Shown: positions 18,525-26,797 of the stretch, piece after piece
Layout of the letters: every line of letters begins with the position of its first letter
How positions within the stretch are numbered: the stretch's first letter is position 1
Virus record (IMG/VR): IMGVR_UViG_3300014208_001418
DNA length: 30,150 nucleotides
Reading direction: 5' to 3' (one strand)
Source of the DNA: a virus
Program-made: the position numbers and the translations under genes
Notes under the pieces: model-generated
Told to the model about the DNA's origin: nothing
The model's input: the letters and a program-made list of their open reading frames with translations, nothing else
The model's database searches: none

Positions 18525-18914
18525 ATGCCCAGACCAAAAATTGAACAAAAAACAAAACCAATAATAGCAGGGCTTATATCCTTAGCCTTGCTAATAGTTG
18601 GTATATACTTTATTGTACCAGCAGTAACGAACTATGAAATAACTCTCGCATCAGCCTTCATACTATCTGCTCTTCTCGCAGTATCAATATCCTTAGCAAT
18701 CGCAGCCGAAGACTTGACTGATGAACTCCTTCGTACCAAAAATCTAGGATCTCTCGTAGAGATGATCGTAATCTTGCTCTTAACCCTCATCATCTTTGCA
18801 TATCTCCTAGACTTGTTCATGATAGCTCCAATGTCAGTTAAATTATTAGTATTGGCAATAACAGTCGTAGTCGATAAGCTTTCAAAACCCATAACTAAAC
18901 TATTAAATCTTTAA
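18525..18914 (+). CDS. Small membrane protein (about 4 TM segments)
   Basis: Four hydrophobic stretches; RBS context AACAGGTGATAAACAATG, nearly identical to the previous gene. Confidence 0.8.
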   Translation: MPRPKIEQKTKPIIAGLISLALLIVGIYFIVPAVTNYEITLASAFILSALLAVSISLAIAAEDLTDELLRTKNLGSLVEMIVILLLTLIIFAYLLDLFMIAPMSVKLLVLAITVVVDKLSKPITKLLNL

Positions 18915-18961
18915 CTTCCTTTTTTTATTTTTTTTCTTATTTTTTCTCTCTTATCGCAATC

Positions 18962-18985
18962 TTTAAATACTTTGTAGTAGTAGTA
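18962..18985 (+). promoter_or_regulatory. TATA box + GTA-box promoter (copy 5)
   Basis: TTTAAATAC-tttgt-AGTAGTAGTA. Confidence 0.75.
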
Positions 18986-19003
18986 TAAATACAAGTGAAA
19001 ATC

Positions 19004-19228
19004 ATGCTCAAAACCCTTAAAGAACTCAGAAACGAATTAGGACCAAAAATGATTGAGGTTGAGGGAGGGGGATTCAGAAATCCTTACTCAGCATCAGAAT
19101 CCACATCTCCCCATCCCTATCGCTCCAGAGCCCTTGACGAGGCGGTGAAGTTCTTTACTGCCAAGGAACTCGGAGAAGAACGCAGAGTAAAACACCTAGG
19201 TTCAAAATGGAAGAAACTGGAATGTTAA
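19004..19228 (+). CDS. Small hypothetical protein
   Basis: Follows promoter copy 5; start is ATG 19004 or GTG 18995. Confidence 0.6.
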   Translation: MLKTLKELRNELGPKMIEVEGGGFRNPYSASESTSPHPYRSRALDEAVKFFTAKELGEERRVKHLGSKWKKLEC

Positions 19229-19515
19229 ACGATTCCCCCGAAGAAATCCTTTCCTTCCTCCAAGAGCGTAACGTTATAACTCTCCACAAAGAGAAAATAA
19301 CGTTTTCCCCTTCTTTCATAAAAAACGTCATAATTCCCTCCTCTCTCGACCTTGATACAGTTCTCTATGACTCCTTTATTTTCATGCATCTTTCCGTCTC
19401 TTCAGAACCCATATCCAGTTCAGACCTTGAAAAACACTTCGCAATAATCACCTCCCTCCTAGAAAAATACGGAGTCGAAGATGTACAAGCTCAACAAGAC
19501 TTATTCGCTTCTTGA
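19207..19515 (+). CDS. Hypothetical protein ending in QQDLFAS
   Basis: Overlaps the upstream stop (alternative ATG at 19222); shares its C-terminal motif with the RFC-like and TGT-like proteins. Confidence 0.65.
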   Translation: MEETGMLNDSPEEILSFLQERNVITLHKEKITFSPSFIKNVIIPSSLDLDTVLYDSFIFMHLSVSSEPISSSDLEKHFAIITSLLEKYGVEDVQAQQDLFAS

Positions 19516-19631
19516 TTGTTCGCTTAATTTTACTTTTTTCTATCCCATTTCTATTCCATTTCTATCCAAAATATTTGTCCAAAACTATATATACTGCTGT
19601 CGCATTTATTGCTTAATTGGAGAAAAACAAC

Positions 19632-21512
19632 ATGTCAGAAATTGATGAAATATTCGGAGAACAAGGTAAAGGTATCGGTACAGTTACCATATCCCGACTC
19701 AAAGCTCTCGGTATAACTGATCTATCATCCCTCAAATCTATGGGATGGAAAAAACTAGCGGAAGTCTCGCAAATTGCAGAAAAAAAACTCGTTCCTCTCT
19801 TCTCAGAAATCGGAGAAACAATAACTGAAGATGAAATAATCGAGTATCGAAACGAACTTAAAAAACGCAAAGTCTCTCCCGATTCTTCCTCTACTTCTTC
19901 CTCCTCTCCTATCTCCTCCGCAACCTCTATCTCTCCTCCAGAATCCCTTACTCAATCTCAACTCTCTTCCCTAACCCCCTCCGTTTCCCCAGACCTCAAT
20001 ACCATCTCCGCTATCGGTGCCCTCGAAGGCGGTGGCAAAACACCTGTTCAGCCCAATAAGCTCTTAGCAGGTCGTCAAATCTTCATCCATTTCAAAATCA
20101 CAACCGACCTCGAAGACTTCATTCTTCGCCTAGTAAACAACCCTCAGCTCTTCCTCGGAAAACTCAACACCCCAAGCCTAATCGAAGAAACAATTCTCAA
20201 CTCCTCCGATTCCCTCGTCCCTTCCGGGGCACGTGCCCATGTTCGTCAATGGCTAAACCTCCTCGAAACTAAAGTCACAGGTCGCAGAGCAGGCTATTCC
20301 CCCCAAACTATGACTACTCCCGCAATTTTCCGTACCCAGCTCACACCCCTTATCGAACTCGCAATCGAAGGCGTAGTCGAAGAAATATCCAACGGTTCCC
20401 TCCTAATTGCCAAAACTGAAATCGAGAACTCCCGTCTTTCTCGCAGAGAACCCATCATCAAAACCGATACCATCATAAACACCATAATCCTCTACAAAAT
20501 ATACATCGATGCAAAAGGCTCTTCCTGGGATGGCCAAACTACAACAGGCCAACTCGGTGTCACCGAAGACGATTCAAAAGAATTTTTCCGCAGAATGAAA
20601 TCTCCTCAATCTGGCGGTTCCGTCGACTTCAACGACCTCACAATAAAACGTGCCTGGTCCTCATATCAATCAGGTCAAGCAGTCTTACTCGCAGGTATGC
20701 CCGGTTCAGGAAAGACCTATTTCTCCAAAGCAGTCGGCAATGTCATGACCGATGGCGTCTGGAACTCTCTTCCCTTCACCCGTATCAACGTAACTGGTGG
20801 CCTCGAACCAGTAGACCTTATCGGAGACTGGAACTATCAGGCCCAAATCCTAGCTCTCACTGCTTCCAAACTTCGTATCGGAAATCGCACCAACCTAACT
20901 AAAGAAGAAATCGATCAGCTCCGTGAAAACATCTACACCATCGACTATTTCAACTTCGGCCCTCTCGCTCTCTGCATGATCCAAGGAGTCCCCATCCTCA
21001 TAGACGAAGTTAATCGTGGTTCCCCAGACATCCAAAACACTCTCCTCCAAGCCATCGACGAAAACGAACTCGTAATCCCTTCCATAGGCCGTATCAAAGC
21101 CGCACCCGGTTTTTTCGTCATGTGTACCATCAACGAACAGGACGTAGGCACCACAGAACTCGGAGCCGCTTTCCTTCGCCGTGTCAATTACCTTTCCTTC
21201 GATGAAGTCACAGATTACAAGAAATGGGTAATCCAAGAGTACCCCGATTTCAACATCCAAACCCTCAAGCAAATGGACGCAATTCGCCTAATAATCAAAG
21301 AAAAAGCATCCATCTCCTCAGAAATCCCACCCTCCTCCTTCTCAGCATGGGCTCGTGAACTCATCAACATCTACGGCCCCAACCTCGTCCTCGACAAACA
21401 AAAAATCATCGACTCCCTAGGGACGCTTTTGAAGAACAAAACTGACATCGAAGAAGTTCGCAAACTCATCGATCCCCCCTCAGGCTCCTCAATTCTCAAA
21501 GGAATAATCTAA
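19632..21512 (+). CDS. MoxR-type AAA+ ATPase with N-terminal HhH-like domain
   Basis: GMPGSGKT, DLIGDWNY, GPL, ILIDEVNRG, QNTLLQAIDE, CTIN, AFLRR; N-terminal GKGIGTVTISRLKALGI; Ser-rich linker. Confidence 0.88.
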   Translation: MSEIDEIFGEQGKGIGTVTISRLKALGITDLSSLKSMGWKKLAEVSQIAEKKLVPLFSEIGETITEDEIIEYRNELKKRKVSPDSSSTSSSSPISSATSISPPESLTQSQLSSLTPSVSPDLNTISAIGALEGGGKTPVQPNKLLAGRQIFIHFKITTDLEDFILRLVNNPQLFLGKLNTPSLIEETILNSSDSLVPSGARAHVRQWLNLLETKVTGRRAGYSPQTMTTPAIFRTQLTPLIELAIEGVVEEISNGSLLIAKTEIENSRLSRREPIIKTDTIINTIILYKIYIDAKGSSWDGQTTTGQLGVTEDDSKEFFRRMKSPQSGGSVDFNDLTIKRAWSSYQSGQAVLLAGMPGSGKTYFSKAVGNVMTDGVWNSLPFTRINVTGGLEPVDLIGDWNYQAQILALTASKLRIGNRTNLTKEEIDQLRENIYTIDYFNFGPLALCMIQGVPILIDEVNRGSPDIQNTLLQAIDENELVIPSIGRIKAAPGFFVMCTINEQDVGTTELGAAFLRRVNYLSFDEVTDYKKWVIQEYPDFNIQTLKQMDAIRLIIKEKASISSEIPPSSFSAWARELINIYGPNLVLDKQKIIDSLGTLLKNKTDIEEVRKLIDPPSGSSILKGII

Positions 21513-21526
21513 ATCTCAACCACAAC

Positions 21527-21560
21527 CTATATATAACATCCCCACATAAGTAGTAGTAGC
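21527..21560 (+). promoter_or_regulatory. TATA box + GTA-box variant with longer spacing
   Basis: CTATATATAA ... AGTAGTAGTAGC at 21549. Confidence 0.5.
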
Positions 21561-21577
21561 AAAAAGATGATAAACAA

Positions 21578-21841
21578 ATGAATCACAAACCATTCAAACT
21601 AACAACAGAACAAGTAACGGGCTTCAAATGCACAGTTGAATATTACAAAACTATAGCCTCAGCAGAAGAAGCCTACAAAACCTACCTATCCCAACAAAAA
21701 CACTCAGCAGGAAACATGTCCGTTTCCAGAGTAACAATACTGCAAAGAACTGGAAGTAAAAAATCAGGAACAAAAACTATCGGTACATGGAAAACAATAA
21801 AAACACTCAAAGGATTCAGAAGACAAAAACAATACTGCTAA
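21578..21841 (+). CDS. Small basic hypothetical protein
   Basis: Lys/Thr-rich ORF with GATGATAAACAAATG start context. Confidence 0.65.
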   Translation: MNHKPFKLTTEQVTGFKCTVEYYKTIASAEEAYKTYLSQQKHSAGNMSVSRVTILQRTGSKKSGTKTIGTWKTIKTLKGFRRQKQYC

Positions 21842-21851
21842 TACACAACAT

Positions 21852-23123
21852 ATGACTTCTCAACCCAAACCCTCAACTCCCGATGAACGCTCATCCGCAA
21901 GCGTTATTTACTATGGAAAAGCCTTTCGCCCTTACGGGATAGATTGGACTAAAAACGGTCTCCTCCACTACGTTCCTACAGACATAATTGTAGACATAAT
22001 CAATAAAAATTTAATAGACCTAAACACTAAAAAACTGATAAGAACTTCTCTCCCCTCCAACTGGAAATCTCTTCCCAAAGAGAAAATCGTCTCTTACATG
22101 ATGGAAATCTACAAACGTTCTCCAAATCCCTCCAAACAACAAATCGAAAATTGGGTTTATTCATATCGTTACAAGCGTAAAGTTCAGACAGATTTCCCAT
22201 TTCTTCGCAGACTCGAAACCTTCTACAAATTCCTTCGCACCAATCCCTATTATTCCTTTACCCTCTCACCCACAGTCGCCACTAAAGTCGCCTCCCAGCT
22301 CTCCATAACCGGTATCACCGACCTCAACGAAGTCCGTTCAGTCCTCAAATCCTCCATCTGCAAATCCCGTGAAGAATGGAAAATTTTCGACTCCCTCTTT
22401 AACAAATGGTTTGAATCAAACATCTCCTCCTACCAGAAATCCCTATCCCCCTCTCCCTCCTCCACCACAATTTCCCCCTCATCCCAATTCCTCCACTTTG
22501 CCGAGCCCTCTCCCATCTCCATCGAAGAGGCCCTTTCCCGTCTCCGTTCCATCATTTCCCCCAACTCCCAATTACTCGACTCAAACACCAGTTCTGATAT
22601 GAAACTCTCAGGTAATGACGACTCTGAATCCGACTCCTCTGACAACCCTGACTCTGATTCCGACTCTGATTCCCCTGACTCCTCATCTGATCCCTCATCC
22701 GATTATAGCCCTCCCGAAATCGATTACGATCAACCAGAATCTCCCGAATCTCCCGATTCCTCAGACGATAACGAATCTGAACCCTCAGACTCATCCGAAG
22801 ACGACTCTCCCTCAGACCCAGACTCGGACGAAACCCCCGATTCAGAATCCGAAGATAAAGACAAAGAAGAAAACTCAGATATCTCCAATAATAAAGATAA
22901 AGACAACGAAGACTCAGATAACGAATCTGAAGACGACAAAGAGTCCGAAAAAGATGAACCAGAAGATAAATCTTCCAATGATGAAAACAATAAAGAAGAA
23001 GACGACCCCTCAGACGAAGACGACAAAGAAGAGGAGCCTGAAGAATCCAAACCTAAAGACGAAAAGCCCGAATCTGAAGCCGATTCAGACGAACTCATAT
23101 CAGACTCAGGAGGAGCCTTCTAA
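21852..23123 (+). CDS. Protein with CoxE-type vWA N-terminal helical domain and long acidic D/S/E tail
   Basis: FLRRLETFYKFLR..LKSSICKSREEWKIFDSLFNKWF resembles the N-terminus of CoxE-like vWA proteins; about 170 aa of acidic low-complexity sequence at the C-terminus. Confidence 0.65.
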   Translation: MTSQPKPSTPDERSSASVIYYGKAFRPYGIDWTKNGLLHYVPTDIIVDIINKNLIDLNTKKLIRTSLPSNWKSLPKEKIVSYMMEIYKRSPNPSKQQIENWVYSYRYKRKVQTDFPFLRRLETFYKFLRTNPYYSFTLSPTVATKVASQLSITGITDLNEVRSVLKSSICKSREEWKIFDSLFNKWFESNISSYQKSLSPSPSSTTISPSSQFLHFAEPSPISIEEALSRLRSIISPNSQLLDSNTSSDMKLSGNDDSESDSSDNPDSDSDSDSPDSSSDPSSDYSPPEIDYDQPESPESPDSSDDNESEPSDSSEDDSPSDPDSDETPDSESEDKDKEENSDISNNKDKDNEDSDNESEDDKESEKDEPEDKSSNDENNKEEDDPSDEDDKEEEPEESKPKDEKPESEADSDELISDSGGAF

Positions 23124-23638
23124 TGATAAAGTCCACTTCCCTCTCCAAAGGTAAAAATCGTCAGTTCACCCATAAGAACCTCTACGTAGGAACCAACTTC
23201 CAACGCATAAAAGGCATAACAATGAAACTCACTGTTAAACGCCGTTTCAAGCGTGGAGAACTTGTAACAGCCGTCTATCGCAAAATCCCCTTCCTCAAGC
23301 GTGAAAAATCCCCCTTCACCACCATAAAAAAAGGTCGTTTCCTTTGGTCCAATTCCGAAGATCGTCGTCTTAAAGTCTCCGAAATCGATCCCAACACCAA
23401 AGTCTCCACCCAATATTCCGTCTTCGACACAAAAACCTATCGTCCCGGAACCTATTTCGTAGAATACCTTTCCGATTCCGACACCTCAATCCATGAAAAA
23501 GTCTCCTTTACCATATACGAACCCTCAAAAGAAGAATTCGAATTATCATCTTTGTATCGTGAGAAAATCCTCGAAGCTCTCAAACCCTCCCCTCTCCCTG
23601 TCTCAGTCCTCAAATCCCAAGTCATCGGAGCCCAATAA
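23123..23638 (+). CDS. Hypothetical basic protein, possible beta-sandwich
   Basis: TAATG coupling on both sides; FDTKTYRPGTYFVEY..VSFTI is Ig-like. Confidence 0.6.
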   Translation: MIKSTSLSKGKNRQFTHKNLYVGTNFQRIKGITMKLTVKRRFKRGELVTAVYRKIPFLKREKSPFTTIKKGRFLWSNSEDRRLKVSEIDPNTKVSTQYSVFDTKTYRPGTYFVEYLSDSDTSIHEKVSFTIYEPSKEEFELSSLYREKILEALKPSPLPVSVLKSQVIGAQ

Positions 23639-24351
23639 TGTCCTTTCCCGAAGCACCCGACCCTATAACTGAAAAAGCTCCAATTCACAAACTCAACAAA
23701 GATATCTCTGTAGCCCAGCAAATGTCCTCTTCCCGAACCTTTATCCGCCCTCTCGACAAATCATCCATCTTCGATTACACCCTAGCTTCCCTCGTCAAAT
23801 CAGGCTCCGTTAAAATCATTTCCTCAATTGCCTCACTCACACCCCCCGCACCAGATGAATTTTCCCCAGAATCCCCTGAAACTCCCAAAAAGCCCTCAAA
23901 CGATACAAAGACCCCAAAAGACGAAGAAAACCCCATAGAATCTCCCGACTCTCTCTCTGACGAAGAAAAAGATGACTCAGACAAACCCGACTCAGACTCA
24001 GACTCTGACTCTTCAGATGAAAGCGAATCTGAAGACGAAGAAAAAGATCCCTCCGACAAAGAGCCCAAAAAGCCCAAAGACAAATCAGACGAAATCCCTG
24101 ATGAACCCGAAGACTCTGACGAAGACGAAGAAAAAAAGAAGCCTGAACCCAAAGAACCTAAACCTAAAAAACCAAAAGAACCTAAAGAGTATGAACTTCC
24201 TCCCCCTGAAACTCCCCGAACTCCCGAAGTCGCCAGACTCCCTACCGCAAAAGAAATGGAAAAATCAATCCTCTTTTACGTTAAAGCCCAATCAAAAACA
24301 AATGCTGAACTTCTTCAAGCAATAAAAGAATCCTTCGGCTGGAGAGATTAA
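23638..24351 (+). CDS. Acidic/Pro-rich largely disordered protein
   Basis: DSDSDSDS and KEPKPKKPKEPKE tracts; TAATG coupling. Confidence 0.7.
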   Translation: MSFPEAPDPITEKAPIHKLNKDISVAQQMSSSRTFIRPLDKSSIFDYTLASLVKSGSVKIISSIASLTPPAPDEFSPESPETPKKPSNDTKTPKDEENPIESPDSLSDEEKDDSDKPDSDSDSDSSDESESEDEEKDPSDKEPKKPKDKSDEIPDEPEDSDEDEEKKKPEPKEPKPKKPKEPKEYELPPPETPRTPEVARLPTAKEMEKSILFYVKAQSKTNAELLQAIKESFGWRD

Positions 24352-24406
24352 CTTGTCAATTACTCTTATATACTTACAATTCAATACTCAATAAAAATCA
24401 ATTCCT

Positions 24407-25279
24407 ATGCCCGAACTTACAGAACTCCAATCCCTCTATGAACAAGTAAAAGCCTCTTTAATCTCACGTGGAGTCCTTACCGTAGAAGACGACATCATCT
24501 CTTTTTCAGGCACTGAAATCCAGCAACCTCTTCCCGAAACCCCAAAATCTAACCCCAAAACTCCAAAAGAACAGCTTCCCAAGCTAAAACTTCAACCCCC
24601 TAAACCCATTCTTCCCACTTCAGTTCCCATCTCCACTAAATTAACTCCAGACCTAATCGACATCATCGTCGAAAACGCAAACCTCATCTCCTTAGCTGTT
24701 TTCCTCGGTTATACTCCCCAGGAAGCCCACGACATCTTTTATAACAAATCCACTTACACCATCAAAGAACTCTCTCCCGACATCGGAGCCCAAGTCGACC
24801 AGCACAACAACGTTGAACTCAATGTCAAATACTTTAACTACATACTCCAATTCAATTCCTCTCCTGAACGCCCCAGAACATATTGGGATAACCTCTACGT
24901 CTTCACTCACGAAATGCTTCACATCCTTCTCTCCCGTTGCACAGATCGTACCAAACTCGGCATGGCCATTGACGAAGCCATTACCCCTCTCGTAGAATTC
25001 GAATTCTATACCAATTATAATGGAGCCTTCAATCCCTTCCTCATAGACGAATCCGAGAACGGTCTTGAACGCATGATGAATAAACGTGCCGCCGCTTCCC
25101 GTGTATCCTACCCCACAGAAACCTTCTATTTCTTCGATCAGCTCATCTCCCTCAACGCACTCGACCACAAACTCCTCATCAAATCCTTCCGTGACTACGC
25201 TCATGCTCCTCCCAACTTCAAAGCCAAACTCGCTTCCATAAACAACAATTTCCCATTCTTCCCATTGCAGGTACAATAA
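24407..25279 (+). CDS. Zincin-like metallopeptidase domain protein
   Basis: FTHEMLH (HExxH) with downstream IDEAIT third-ligand Glu and SYP; upstream TATA box CTTATATAC at 24365. Confidence 0.7.
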   Translation: MPELTELQSLYEQVKASLISRGVLTVEDDIISFSGTEIQQPLPETPKSNPKTPKEQLPKLKLQPPKPILPTSVPISTKLTPDLIDIIVENANLISLAVFLGYTPQEAHDIFYNKSTYTIKELSPDIGAQVDQHNNVELNVKYFNYILQFNSSPERPRTYWDNLYVFTHEMLHILLSRCTDRTKLGMAIDEAITPLVEFEFYTNYNGAFNPFLIDESENGLERMMNKRAAASRVSYPTETFYFFDQLISLNALDHKLLIKSFRDYAHAPPNFKAKLASINNNFPFFPLQVQ

Positions 25280-25281
25280 CT

Positions 25282-26697
25282 ATGCCCCCTTCCAAGCCTC
25301 CCACTCCCGAAGATGAGGTTAAACTCATCCAACAGCTCCCTCAGCTCTATACCCAGCTCGAAACCCTCCATGAATCTCTCTCAATCCTCTCCTCCAACCC
25401 TAAAAAAATCGAAAAAATATCCGTCCCCTTCGATATCTATTTCTCCTCCCCTTCCGTATTCGCTTCAGCCATCTCCGAACTCTCCCCTTCTGAAATCTCT
25501 CAGCTCCAAGCTCTCTCCTCTATTCCCCTTCTCCCTATCTCTCATCCCCTATCCTCCTCCTTTAACTCAATCCTAACTAACCCCACAATCTCTCTTTCCC
25601 TGACACCCGAACAGATAAAAACCTCCCTAGAAGAGCTTTCCAATTCCAACATCACCCTTCTCGAACAAACTCAAAAAGCCTACGATGACCTCACCCTAGC
25701 CATCAAAGCTATCGAAACAATAAACCCACTAGACCTAATACCCTTTCCAGATGAATACAAATTCAAACGTCTCTTCTCCCTCAACGCTGATTCCATGCTT
25801 AAATTCATCCGTTCCTTTATCGTAAAATCCCTAAAAGAAACCTCTCGTCCCAACACCCCCTCCCGAAAAGGTTCCATCAATTTCCGTCGCACTATCCGAG
25901 CCTCCATGCAATACGAAGGCGAACCCTACATGCTTCATCGCCGTTCCAAATCTATTAAAATCCGCCAAAACAAACCCATTATTTATTTCCTTCTCGACAC
26001 CTCAGGCTCCCAATCAGAAGGCATATACGCTTCTGTAGCCATCGCTTACGCCGTAGCCTCAGTCCTAAAAGACATAGACGTAGTTATCTATACCGCCTCC
26101 GAAGTCCCCTGCCATCCCCTCACCTTCAAACTCATTCAAGAAGCAGAACGTAAAAACATCACCGAAACCCGTATCGACTCTCACCTCAAAACCCCTCGTG
26201 ACTTAACCACAACTCAACGCTTCAACAAAGCCTCAATCCTTAAATTCGCAAACCATCCTCTCCAACTCTACGATGCTATCGAATCTGTTCGTTCCTCCTC
26301 AGCCGACAACACAGCCCATATGATAAAATCCCTATCTGCCAGCTCTCCCGAAAACTCTATCTTCATAGCCCTCGGCGACAACGACCAGTTCAACAACAGC
26401 GTCACTGATGAAATGAACAAACAAATCCCTTCCAAAGACATAGCTGCTATGAAATCCAAGCTCAAAGGTCGTGTCTTCTATTTCAACACCAACTCCTTCT
26501 GGCCTGACTCCTATCAAAAACTCCCGCAATCCCACGCCAAATGGAACTTTAAACCCTTCAAACCCAGCAATTTCAATTCCAACGACATCATCTTTTTCCC
26601 AACCCAATCCTACCGATCCCTACATCCAAACATGACATATGGGGACTGGGTTCGTGCTATCATCGAAATTATCTCAGGTAAACCCTTACCAAAATAA
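25282..26697 (+). CDS. CoxE-like von Willebrand factor A domain protein
   Basis: GSINFRRTIRASMQYEGEP..KPIIYFLLDTSGS (MIDAS DxSxS), FIALGD. Confidence 0.85.
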   Translation: MPPSKPPTPEDEVKLIQQLPQLYTQLETLHESLSILSSNPKKIEKISVPFDIYFSSPSVFASAISELSPSEISQLQALSSIPLLPISHPLSSSFNSILTNPTISLSLTPEQIKTSLEELSNSNITLLEQTQKAYDDLTLAIKAIETINPLDLIPFPDEYKFKRLFSLNADSMLKFIRSFIVKSLKETSRPNTPSRKGSINFRRTIRASMQYEGEPYMLHRRSKSIKIRQNKPIIYFLLDTSGSQSEGIYASVAIAYAVASVLKDIDVVIYTASEVPCHPLTFKLIQEAERKNITETRIDSHLKTPRDLTTTQRFNKASILKFANHPLQLYDAIESVRSSSADNTAHMIKSLSASSPENSIFIALGDNDQFNNSVTDEMNKQIPSKDIAAMKSKLKGRVFYFNTNSFWPDSYQKLPQSHAKWNFKPFKPSNFNSNDIIFFPTQSYRSLHPNMTYGDWVRAIIEIISGKPLPK

Positions 26698-26725
26698 TTT
26701 CATTTCTCACTTCTCACTTTCTTAC

Positions 26726-26797
26726 TTAGGGATTGCTTTTACGGTGAGAGGTCAAGGGGTAGAGAAAGCTTCACAGCTTTAGCGTGAGGTAGTTCAC
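26726..26797 (+). mobile_element. IS200/IS605-type right-end / omegaRNA-like remnant
   Basis: GAAAGCTTCACAGCTTTAGCGTGAGGTAGTTCAC: hairpin with CTTTAG loop region ending GTAGTTCAC; a G-rich island in C-rich context; left boundary approximate. Confidence 0.6.

Noticed and set aside
18150-18527. Repeated AAACAGGTGATAAACAA as recombination sites
   Set aside because: Both copies sit immediately before ATG and are explained as ribosome-binding sites
3830-21560. GTAGTAGTAG as microsatellite or CRISPR repeat
   Set aside because: Copies are short, dispersed and at a fixed distance from TATA boxes; no repeat-spacer array is seen anywhere in the window
22610-24230. Borg-type perfect tandem repeats as proof of Borg identity
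   Set aside because: Repeats are short and degenerate, not long perfect arrays; not enough to assign the element
15788-26607. Many short minus-strand and alternate-frame ORFs (for example 22730-23098, 23775-24152, 24692-25276, 22615-23154)
   Set aside because: They overlap motif-bearing + strand genes and are expected from the skewed, low-complexity composition
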